Shown: piece after piece, positions 52,673 to 64,000 of the stretch | How positions within the stretch are numbered: the stretch's first letter is position 1 | Layout: the number at the start of each line of letters is the position of its first letter | NCBI RefSeq assembly: GCF_006345805.1 | Contig: NC_043007.1 | Coordinates: 32,860,001-32,924,000 of the forward strand | Origin: Octopus sinensis | Lineage: Eukaryota | Reading direction: 5' to 3' | DNA: 64,000 bases | Notes under the pieces: generated by a model | Seen by the model: the letters and a program-made list of their open reading frames with translations, nothing else | Databases searched by the model: none | Told to the model about the DNA's origin: nothing | Made by a program: the position numbers and the translations under genes

Positions 52673-53489
52673 TTATTATTAAAATTATTTCATTATTATC
52701 ATTAAAATTTTCTATGATGCCCTACTTGATGGTGTAGTACGTTGTTGCCCTTCAGGTTTGATACATATTTTGTGCTTTTTTGTCTGCATAGTTGAAAGAA
52801 GACTTGTGACTGATGTACGTCCTTTTAAAATATCTTTTGCTCAGTCCAATATTTTTTTCCCTCAGTTCCCTTGTTTGGCGTAACGGGATGAAATCGGCAT
52901 CGTAGACGACTGAATTAGTCATGCATGTCTACTCTAGTGGGCAACTATCTGGATTCCTAAAGTTACAGTTCCGGATGAGCATCTTGATTCGTTTACCTAA
53001 GGTGATGTGCTTCCTATTGGGGCCGCAGGAAAATTTTACAGAACATCTACTGAAGATCTTATTCGAAACTCGAAATTTGAAGGAGCTCACGGATATCTGT
53101 ATGCATCGAATAATATTTATCTCTTGCTGAACTGAAAATTTCTTGGCTTATCCTATCAACAAGCGAGCATTACACAATTCACATCCCTACACACAAGCAT
53201 TTACTTATGTTTTTACACAGACACACTTGAACACACTAAGATATAGAGATAAGTTCCTGGCTATGTAAGACGAAATGAACATATATAAAAGGTATGGCTA
53301 CGTGGTTCAGAAGCTTGCTTCGCAATCAAGTGGTTTCGGATTCATTTCCATTGCATAGTAGTTTAAGTAAGCGACGGGCTGAGCACCACTTTGTGAGTGA
53401 ATTTGGTTGACAGAAACTGTGTAGAAATCTGTCATGTGTGTGTGTGTGTGTTTGTGTGTGCGTATATATATATATATATATATAATAAA

Positions 53490-53770
53490 TATTAGGGAAT
53501 AAATCCAAACTTACAGGGAAAAATCAGATTTAGGATTGTTCATTGTTTAAACCTCGCCAAGATTAAATATTTAAACCACCTGATGAATGACTGTAACTTG
53601 AAAATTTAAAGAAATTAACAGCCATGAAACGATCATAGTGATATATTAATTATATATTTTTTTATAATTTTGTTATATATTTAAATAATATAAATTAAAT
53701 AATCTTATGTATTGGCTTAAGTTTTTCATTGTATGATTTGCCTAATAGTGGTTTTGTCTCTAATTTAATA
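53490..53770 (+). mobile_element. solo pLTR-like segment in (TA)n
   Basis: AT-rich ~280-bp segment bounded by (TA)n on both sides and containing a hammerhead motif. Confidence 0.55.
53566..53647 (+). ncRNA. type I hammerhead ribozyme motif, slightly decayed
   Basis: cac-CTGATGA (53580-53586); stem II atgactgt/acagccat (7 of 8); GAAA 53626-53629; ACGATCAT (one change from the palindrome ACGATCGT); A 53637; gtg. Confidence 0.65.
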
Positions 53771-53789
53771 TAATATATATATATATGCT

Positions 53790-54140
53790 GTGAAAGCTCA
53801 TGGCTCAGTCGTTAGAGCGTCGATCTTACGACCGATAGGTTGTGAATTTGAATCCCGGACCGGGTTGCGTGTTGTGTTCTTAAGCAAGACACTTTATTTC
53901 ACGTTGCTCAAGTTCACTCAGCTGCAGAAATGAGTTGCGACGTCACTAGTGCCAAGCTGTATCAGCTTTGCCTTTTCCTTCGATAACATCGGTGGCGTGG
54001 AGAGGAGAGGCCGGTATGCATGGGCGACTGCTGGTCTTCCCGGACTTGTGCCTTGGAGAGTACCTTGCCCGGACTTGTGCCTCGGAGGGTAACTTTCTAG
54101 GTGCAATCCCATGGTCATTCGTGACCGAAGGGGGTCTCTG
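53790..54140 (+). mobile_element. SINE family D
   Basis: tggctcagtcgttagagc head, CORE/Meta-like centre and a distinct 3' tail. Confidence 0.65.
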
Positions 54141-54168
54141 CAATATATATATATAAATATATATATAT

Positions 54169-54258
<90 letters not shown>

Positions 54259-55245
54259 GTAGATAGATAGATATGTGTGTGTATTTGTTTCTCACAGTTT
54301 GATAAATGGTGTTGCTTTGTTTGCGTCCCAGTGACTTAGCTTTTTCACAAGGAGAAGCCGAATATATAAGTACCAGACTTCAACACAAATAACAACTGGG
54401 ATTGTTTTGCTCATCTGAAAATCGTCAGCGACAGAAACCAATAAAATAATATATATTGTGTATCTTACTAGTTTCTGTCTGCTATCTGCGTAGCTATATA
54501 TATATATATACGTATATTCGTCTCGACCAATAAATTATTGTTTCGTGCTTGTCATTCATTTTGTTATGTTTCGATTTATTCATTTATTCATTTTTGCAAA
54601 TTTATTTATTCCCAGAAGAGTAATATAATTTAAAGGGCTGTCAAAAAAGTGTTGATTTCCATGCCACGCTTAAAAGAATACTGTTTACTGTGGCAACTAA
54701 ATAACGTTTCATGGAAACAGCATAGGAATTGTAACACGCTCAGGCTAAACATTAAAAAAAAGACAATGAGTTATTCGATAAATGAGTTTAATATATATTG
54801 AGAGAATTTGCTTTATGTGTGTTTTATATATTTCATTTGCTGTTTTATTTTTTATGGTTTGGTAAATAAACACGGTTTTCATTTTTGTCGTGTACATTAT
54901 TACACAACGCACCCATCCTTTTGCATGAACATACGCACGCACACACTCATATGCACGCATAAACTTTCACGTACTCACACATAAACACACACACACATGC
55001 ACACAAGTTTGAGTGTGCGTTTTTCCGCGCATTTGTGCGTTTGTGCGCGCATTTGTGCGTTTGTGCGCGCATATGTGCGTTTTTGTGTGAATCGTGAAAC
55101 TTTGGAGTTAAATTTTAAATTCATACAATCTATATGCCAATAAATAATAATCTTTTTCTCTCTCACACACTAACTGACTATCTCTATCTCTTTATCCTAT
55201 ATATATATATATATATAATATATTATATATATATAATATATATAG

Positions 55246-55414
55246 GCAGCAGGAGTAGCTGTGTGATAAGAAGCTTGGTTACAACCACATGGTCCGGGTT
55301 CAGTCCCACTGCATGGCACCTTGGGCAAATGTCTTCTGCTATAGCCTCGGGCCGACCAAAGACTTGTGAGTGGATTTGGTAGACGGAAACTGAAAGAAGC
55401 TCATCGTATATATG

Positions 55415-55500
<86 letters not shown>

Positions 55501-55719
55501 CGTGTGTCTGTGTTTGTCCCGCCAACATCGCTTGACAACCGATACTGGCGTGTTTATGTCCCCGTAACTTAGCGAAACGGAAAAAGAGACCGATAGAATA
55601 AGTACTAGGCTTACAAATAATAAGTCCTGGGATCGATTTGCTCGACTAAAGGCGGTGCTCCAGCATTGTCGCATTCAAATGACTGAAACAAGTAAAAGAG
55701 TAAAAAGAGTAAAAGAGTA
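55246..55719 (+). mobile_element. SINE family A (full copy)
   Basis: Complete head, body and tail. Confidence 0.88.
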
Positions 55720-55964
55720 GAGAGGGAGAGAGAGAGAGAGGGGGCGGCGTGAGGTGGGGTTAAAGAAAGGGAAAACATATCTAAAACTGTCCAATAACAA
55801 TTTTAATTCTAAAGTGATGGTTCTAAACTTTTCCTCGAAAATCACATTTAAGAGTATTTCGGGACGAATTGGCCATACTACAACTACCTATCTATTTATC
55901 TATTCACATAGATACACACAAACACATATGAACAAGAAAGACAAAGAGAAGGAAGAAGTAAAAG

Positions 55965-55981
55965 TAGTAGTAGTAGTAGTA

Positions 55982-56023
<42 letters not shown>

Positions 56024-56104
56024 CTGCAGCAACAGTAGAAGAAGAAGAAGAAGAAGAAGAAGAAGAAGAAGAAGAAGAAGAAGAAGAAGAAGAAGAAGAA
56101 GAAA
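55965..56104. repeat. (GTA)n and (GAA)n microsatellites
   Basis: Seen directly. A purine-rich (GAG/GAA)n mosaic also lies at 57080-57620. Confidence 0.95.
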
Positions 56105-57929
56105 GTCGACAAGATATCACACTTCTTCAGAAGGGGTCCGAAGAATGGACCTTCATCGACATAGCTAAACCTTCAAGCCAGAATCATGACTACCGGTCTG
56201 ATAAGGGTACACCAGGCATAAGCATCATAACCATATGTGCGCATCATCGTGATCTCATTCAAAGATAAACAGCGCTTGACCTTGCAAATGGGGCCCAGTT
56301 AAAATTTCTTTCCGTTCGAGTAGGTCCCTGATTAAGAGTCGTTTAAGGACGTTGAACAAAACACTCGTGTTTCCAGAGGTGTATTATTCAAACCCCAAAG
56401 AATTCCTCTCAAGATCAGAGAGGCATGTCCCTTAATGGCTGACATATCGTCAGCTATTAAGGGACATGCTCAGCATGGTTATGATCAAACAAGCGACAAG
56501 CAAATCTGTGATGTTGAGCAGAATATTTGCAGTAATCCATCTGTTACATCAAAGCAAAACATGTACATGCTAACGCGTACAATCAGTTATGATCAAAAGC
56601 CATGAGAGCCATGAGTTCTTGGTATTGCATCAAGACATTTATTATTATTGCTATTTTTGTTGTTGTTGCTGTTGTTGTTGTTGGTGCTGCTGCTGTTGTT
56701 GTTGTTATTATTCTTTTTCTTATTGCTCATGTTCCCGATTAGTCCTTAAATAGCTCTAAACGTGCTAATAGAATCATCACTGAGGAGTCAAAGAAGAGTG
56801 AGTATGTGTGTGAGAGAGAGAGAGAGAGACAGAGAGAGCGATAGAAAGAGATAGAGAAAGTGAAAGTGATATTGCATGTCCAATGTGATTACTAGTGAAT
56901 AATACAGCTTGTCAGGAATCATCTGTGTGTAAGGTACTTTACCGTCGTTGTTGCGTGTCAGCTTGGATTTATTTACCGGGTTATTTAAAGGAGACGACAC
57001 ATAGGACAGAGATGGCGGCCAATATCGATATGAAAACTAAGGTAACACACGAAAAAAAAAAACAGAAACAGTAGGTGTAGTAGGCGGAGGATGAGGAGGA
57101 GGAGAAGGATGAGGGGGGGTGCACGAGAGAAAGAGAGGACAGGTGTAGGAGAAAGGGAAATATGAATAATATTAATAATAATAATAATTATAACAATAAG
57201 AAGAAGAAGAAGAAGAAGAGGAGGAGGAGGAGGAGGAGAAGAAGAAGAAGAAGAAGAAGAAGAAGAAGAAGAAGAAGAAGAAAACATTGAAGGAGGCGGA
57301 GAAGAATGGGAGAAAAAAAACGAAGAATGGAAAAGTGGAAGATGGAAGAAGACGGCGATAACGATGACGACGAGGAGAAGGTGGAGGAAGAGAAGGAGGA
57401 GGAGTAGGAGTAGGAGGGGTGATGGAGGAGGTGGTGTGGTGGTGATGGTGGTGGCGGTAGAGGAGGAAGAGGAGGAAGAGGAGGTTGTCGTGGTGGTGCT
57501 GGCGGCGGAGGTTGTGGAGGACGTGGGGGAGGTGGAGGAAGGAAAAGAGTTGGAGGAAGAAGAGGTGGAGGAGGCGAAGGAGGAGAAGGAGAAGGAAGAA
57601 GAGGAGGAGGAGGCGGATTTCTTGAGCGTTAGAAATAGCGGTCACAGTCACAGCAGTAAGAGCAAAAGGACATATATAGGACATTTTCTTGTACAGTAAG
57701 CAGCAGAAAGTTCAACATAATAATCATTAATATTAACAACAACAACAACAGCAGTAACCGGAAGTAATACAGTATCAATAAGTGTAACGTAATACTTGTT
57801 GTCGCCGCCGTTGTCAACGTCTTCATCATCAGCGTCGTCGTCGTCGTAGTCACCGATATCATCAATAAGTACTGGTACTACAACAATAAGAAGTAGAGCA
57901 GCATCAAAAGTACAATGTCGTGTCGCCGC

Positions 57930-57972
<43 letters not shown>

Positions 57973-59473
57973 TACAGTAGCAGCAGCAATTGCAGTAGCA
58001 GCAGTAGTGTCATCATCATCATCATCATCATCAGCAGCAGCATGTTTTTTTATGAGGTGTTGTGCAGTGTTTTGTCGTATTAGTATTTGTATTGTGTGTC
58101 TAATGCGTTGGGTATCTGGCTTTCTGATGGTAGTTTATTTCATCGGATATTTGCTGTAGAGAATCTGTCTAGTATTTGTGAATTGTTTTGTTTAGGTTGT
58201 ATAACTGAATTTGCCTTTCATCCTTTTATATGTATCTTGCATAGGATGTGAGCTGTTCCTAGAAGGGCTATTTATTTGGATAGTGTGTAGTGTTGAGAAT
58301 CTAGGTATATCTTCCACCCTTTTGTTCATGTACTTTTTACCATACCCAATGCTCTATTATTATTATTACTTTTATTTTTTCATGCAAAATCTCATGTTTT
58401 CTGGTTTACCTGCTTCAATAGTATGCTTAGTCTCTATGGGAAAATACCATAAAATCTTGTTACCGATACAGTTACGCTTACGTTTACACTTTTTTTTTAA
58501 ATGTTGGCTCGCTTAGGAAATGGCTAAATATTTTCGTCACTTTACCACACATTCTGCGTTTGCTGTCAGACAAAGTTTTATGAGTATTTGCCTTCACCAA
58601 AATCGTTCTAATGGCTTTTTATCCTAACCAGTGATACGAGTAATTAGCGATTCACATTCTCGTTTTAGGTTCTCATTTCTCTGTCACATTCATCGTCCTT
58701 CATTTCCATAAAATCTGATCAGTGTTGATTCAATATTACGATCAGTCTTTATGCTGAAATCTCATAAAATCCTTTAATTATTCCCCATGCTAACCTCTGG
58801 CTCGTGTTATAATATTTTACCATAATTTCAAATCCAGAATCATGGTTAACATAATAAGCACATTCTTTCTTTATAATTTGAAATTTACTGCGTTAAAAAC
58901 TCTTCCCTTCGTTCTTATTTTATTTTATTTTATCTATCTTTTTACAGCGAACTCTTAAATTCTGATCACAGTTTATTCCAGTAAGACACCTTCATGCTTC
59001 AAATACGATTTTGAAATTCATTCCAGATATAATTCGTTCTTTTATTATTTTTCTTGCTTTCAAAAGTTGGGAGATTCGTTATCATGCCTGACAAAATCCT
59101 TAGCAACATTTCGTCCATCTCTTTAGTCTGGCTTCATATATACATACACACACGCGTGTGCGCACGCGAACTCGCATATAATTCTTACACATGTATATAG
59201 TTGACAGTGACTTCGACGTTTCGGTCAGCTAAGCCATCGTCGGACTGCAGTCTTGTTTTAAGATAATAAATTTGCACACAACAAAAGTATAGAGTATCTT
59301 ATGAGGTTATTTTAAATTGTTTTTATAACATGACATGAACACACACACACACAAATATTTTTTTCAGGATTCAATAAAAAGACATATATACATACATACA
59401 TATATACATACCGCCATGATAGATCGTTAGCCACTACACATATTTTTTTTCTCTCCTTGGTTTTTCTGTGTAC

Positions 59474-59509
59474 CTTTCTGTAGAAGAGCGTAGGCTCGAA
59501 ACGTAAAAG
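59474..59509 (+). ncRNA. minimal hammerhead-like motif with variant core (CUGUAGA)
   Basis: cttt-CTGTAGA-a-gagc-gtag-gctc-GAA-ACGT-A-aaag, inside a microsatellite-flanked segment 59410-59600. Confidence 0.5.
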
Positions 59510-59637
59510 ACTTTTTCTATTCCTGAACGTTATACTAATACATCTGTTTGTTTTGTACACTACCTGTCTTCGCCTTTTGTTTTTTCGTTAACTTTCCCTA
59601 TACACACACACACACACAACACACACACACACACACA

Positions 59638-59685
<48 letters not shown>

Positions 59686-59701
59686 TAATATATATATATA
59701 A

Positions 59702-60050
59702 TACAGTGTACATTTGAACACAACTAAGAGGACTCCCTTACGCTAGAAGGACAGCGCAAGGGAGTCCTGTGGTGGAGACCTCTTAGTGTGTTTGAATGTA
59801 CACTGTATTTTATATTGATAATATATGGTCTATTGAATAATTTTTTATACGCTAGGCAACTGGTAATAAATATTTCTAAAATCTTTATTACCCTGGTATT
59901 ATTAAATATATATATAATTCGAAAAACGTGTAAGGCGAACAAACATATACTAAATACACAGGCGAACAAAAAATACAGGTTACCAACTTCTCATCAGTTA
60001 TCGGCCAGAGGGACGAACGCAATTTCCCCAATGTCGATAATATTAGACAG
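59702..60050 (+). mobile_element. family E repeat with foldback 5' end
   Basis: 59702-59731 is an inverted copy of 59778-59806; the body is homologous to 24265-24570. Confidence 0.65.
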
Positions 60051-60103
60051 ACTGAAAGATAGATACACAGACAGATAGAAAGACAGACACAAGATAGATA
60101 GAT

Positions 60104-60212
<109 letters not shown>

Positions 60213-61019
60213 GAGATAGATAGATAGATAGATATCCTTTAAGTCCGACCATATGAAACACTTTTGAGTGTACTCATAATAAGCTTGTTTGCAATTTATT
60301 CCAGCTTCCATTTATTTTTCCCATCTTCCAGAGGAAATTTATGGAAATGTTATTAGTTTGGTGCTGGTATAGCTTATAATAATAACAAGAACTTTGGATT
60401 GGAAATTCATAAGTCCTTTAATGCATTGCTACGTTCGTTTCCACAGACTCCATGCTTTAGTTGTTGTGTTCCCCATCCATAGGATGTTACAAATATGATT
60501 TGCAAAATTCATGGATTTTAAAGAGAATATTAATACATGCGTTAGTTGGAACTTTTGCTTGAGGAAACGAACTTATTGCGGTACTTAATGTGAGTCTCTC
60601 TCTCTCTCTCAGTAAAAGAGACACGCAAAAAGCACCAGACTTGGGCAAAAATATGTAAGAACTGGGACCAATTTGTTGGACAAAACCCACCGAAGCGGTT
60701 CCCCCAAACATGGCGGCAGTCCAGTGAGTGAAACAAGTAAAAGATAAATGATAACAGATGACCGTGGAAGATTTATTTCCCTTTCCCTCTCAGCATAGAT
60801 AGCCATCTTTATATTTCACTGCTTCGTTACCTCTCGCTCAGAATCCAGAATATCAGTTATACAGCCAAAAGGCACTCACACCAACCCCGACTATCTTACG
60901 ACCCTCACCGTACACAATGGCTGTAAAACACTAGCGTTTAGATAGATCGTTATCTAATTAATTCTGTCATATATCTATTCATTTATTTATTCTGTAATTC
61001 CTTATCGGCATTTAATAAT

Positions 61020-61203
61020 GGACACGACAACGACGACGACGAAGGTGATGATGATGGCAATGATGATGATGATGATGATGATGATGATGTGGAGAGTAGA
61101 ATGGTGTCGTTTACAACGACCATACTCTGCTATTGCTGCTGCTCATGATGATGATAGTGGTGGCGGTGGTGATGTTGACAACGATGCTGCTGCTACTGCT
61201 GCC

Positions 61204-61245
<42 letters not shown>

Positions 61246-61360
61246 GACAATGATGACGACGATGATGATGACAATGATGATGACAATAATGAAGTTGATG
61301 GTGATGCTGATGTTGCTGGTGATGACGGTGGTGGTTGTGATGATGACAGTGACGGTGAGA

Positions 61361-61399
<39 letters not shown>

Positions 61400-61562
61400 G
61401 GGATGATGATGGGGAGGAGGTGGAGGAGGAGGGGAATGGGGGGATACCAACGAAGACTACCACGACGGCAACGATAATAATGTTGATGAGGGAATGGCGA
61501 TGATCATGGTGATGACAACGACGACGACGATGATGACGATGACGACGATCATGATGATAACC

Positions 61563-61601
<39 letters not shown>

Positions 61602-61640
61602 ATGATGATTACAAATTCAACGATGATAACGAATGCGAAG
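61020..61640. repeat. (GAT)n-rich trinucleotide tract
   Basis: Seen directly. Confidence 0.95.
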
Positions 61641-62040
61641 ATGATGAAGATAAAGATTATAATCAATCATTTACAAAACTACTCTTTAAAACATTTTACC
61701 TCCTCTACAACTCCGGTTATTTATCTATTAATCAATGTATTTACCCATTAATTTATTCCACTCGTTTCGCTGTTTGTTTATTTATCTATCTATTTATTTC
61801 GTATGCTTAATTCATTTGCCCGTTTTCCCTTCCTCTTCTTTATCTTCCCGCTCTCCACTTTCCTTTAACCTAAACAAATTTCTCCGGCTTTATTGATATT
61901 TCAATCTAGCCATATATCACACCAGCTTCTTGTGTCGCTTCGTCATTTTGGTTATCTCCCTTCCTCCCACCTCATTCTCTTTCTCACTCTCTCTTTCTGT
62001 CTCTCTCTTTTTCTCTCTCTCTCTTTCTCATGATATAAAC

Positions 62041-62279
62041 GCTTTTACTCTTTTACTTGTTTCAGTCATTTGACTGCGGCCATGTTGGAGCACCGCCTTT
62101 AGTCGAGCAAATCGACCCCAGGACTTATTCTCTGTAAGCCTAGTACTTATTCTATCGGAACTCTTTTGCCGAACCGCTAAGTTACGGGACGTAAACACAC
62201 CAGCATCGGTTGTCAAACGATGTTGGTGGGGAGGGCAAACACAGACACACAAACACACACATATATATATTATATATAT

Positions 62280-62336
<57 letters not shown>

Positions 62337-62510
62337 TATATATATGCATATATACGACGCGCTTCTTTCAGTTTCCGTCCACCAAATCCACTCACAAGGC
62401 TTTGGTAGGCCCGAGGCTATAGAAGAAGACACTTGCTCAAGATGCCACGCAGTGGGACTGAACCCGGAACCATGTGGTTGGTAAGCTAGCTACTTACCAC
62501 ATAGCAACAC
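62041..62510 (-). mobile_element. SINE family A (full copy)
   Basis: Complete copy on the minus strand; a further 3' end lies at 63421-63517. Confidence 0.88.
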
Positions 62511-63377
62511 CCATGAGTAAAACGTTAAATCCTCCGACATAAATTTCCTTTCCTGAGCGTCTAATAACACTCTACTTGTTCCACGTCCTCACGCTGTTGT
62601 TTTCTCTTTATGTTTTCATGTCTGGATTGCGGGCTTAACCCGAGTATAAATTTAGTAAAGTGAACGTGTATTTGCAAGCTGATTTAATTTCTACCAACAC
62701 TGACTTCAGGTATGTAATGTCAGCCCATAAATCGGGCTCCTTTCAATGAGCCTAGTTGCAGTTCATTTATCTTCGTTCAGCGTCTGGCTGTCGTCTTAGA
62801 AGTACCCTGTGTCAAAAAATATCATTCGTAGCTGATGTTCTCTAGACATCGTTCACACGCGACAGACTCGAGCTCAGAAGTTACAGCCCGAGTTGTTATC
62901 TATAGTCGTAAAAATTAAAAGTAATTCAAATTCAATGTTTTTTTGAAACGATAATTGTCTATAGAGATTAGGATTTAAATTCCAATCTATGAAAAGTTTC
63001 CGTTCTACAATATTCTTAAAGGAACAATTATCCAGTAACTCGGGCTAACACGACCAAGCTTGGTAGGTCTAAAATACTAACTGGCATCTCTTGTCAAGCG
63101 TACCGGAGACAGTCAGATCGTTGATGTTTGTTGTGCATTCCGCTGTCATTATTTGATTGCTGTTATTTTGTGGGTCTGTGTGTAAAGATCAGTTGTGTTT
63201 TGCAGGATTGCTTCTTTTTATCCTTAAATTAGAAAAGGAGAAAGACATAGTGCTAGGTATAAAATAACTCAAGCAATTTAGGGAATAGAAATATTGCGGA
63301 AAAACGTGAAAATCTTTGAGCTGGCATGTGTCTTATGCGAAATTTGTGAAGAGCCCGAGTGACGCTGAAGTCGTCTC

Positions 63378-63417
<40 letters not shown>

Positions 63418-63942
63418 TTTCTTTTATTCTTTTATTTGTCTCAGTCATTTGACTGCGGCCATGCTCGAGCACCGTCTTTAGTCGAACAAATCGACCCCAG
63501 GACTTATTCTTTGTAAACTGAGGGAGGAAGAGAGAGAGAGAGAGAGAGAGTCAGCAGGTGAGATCCATTGGTGCTCAATATAGAACACATTTAGGAGCGC
63601 TCAAATGATTTGAATTTAAACTTACACTCCGAAACCTTTACCGAGAACCAAGTCCGTGTAGGGTAAATAGTGGCCAAAAGACGAATCCAGGTGAGCTGAT
63701 ATGGAGACAATGACGCCAATGAACAGATAAAACTGCTTGGGTTGCACATAGGAAATATATGCACATGTATACGCGGAAATAGGAAGAAAGTAAAGACAGA
63801 ACATTTTCAGACGTTGAATATTCCTCCATAGATATTCTTCTATACATATTAACAGAGCAAGCTTACACAGAATACAAAAAACACAGAACAATATAGGAAG
63901 AAGTTATGGCATTATACACACATACATACATACATAAATACA

Positions 63943-63976
<34 letters not shown>

Positions 63977-64000
63977 CACACATACACACATACATACATA

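Overview
AT-rich, repeat-dense eukaryotic genomic DNA with a 100-N scaffold gap at 21222-21321. The SINE and microsatellite make-up suggests an octopus or other coleoid cephalopod (inference, no database search was possible). The only host gene sequence I recognise is the last coding exon of ERH (enhancer of rudimentary homolog) at 3336-3429 (+). The rest is microsatellites, at least four tRNA-derived SINE families, decayed mariner and maT transposons, MITEs, a non-autonomous Helitron, and RTE, CR1 and Gypsy fragments. The main signal is Penelope-like retroelements (PLEs). One nearly intact 3.7-kb PLE (26212-29904) has a YRDD reverse transcriptase, a C-terminal GIY-YIG domain, one frameshift, long Cys-free Asn/Ser-rich linkers and a hammerhead ribozyme in its 3' region. 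Eight further type I hammerhead motifs are dispersed across the window, mostly in pLTR-like relics next to TA microsatellites, and each family has its own self-complementary stem III. Several of these loci show a recurring head-to-head inverted layout. All RNA structures were paired by hand and none has been tested for activity. Boundaries of decayed repeats are approximate.
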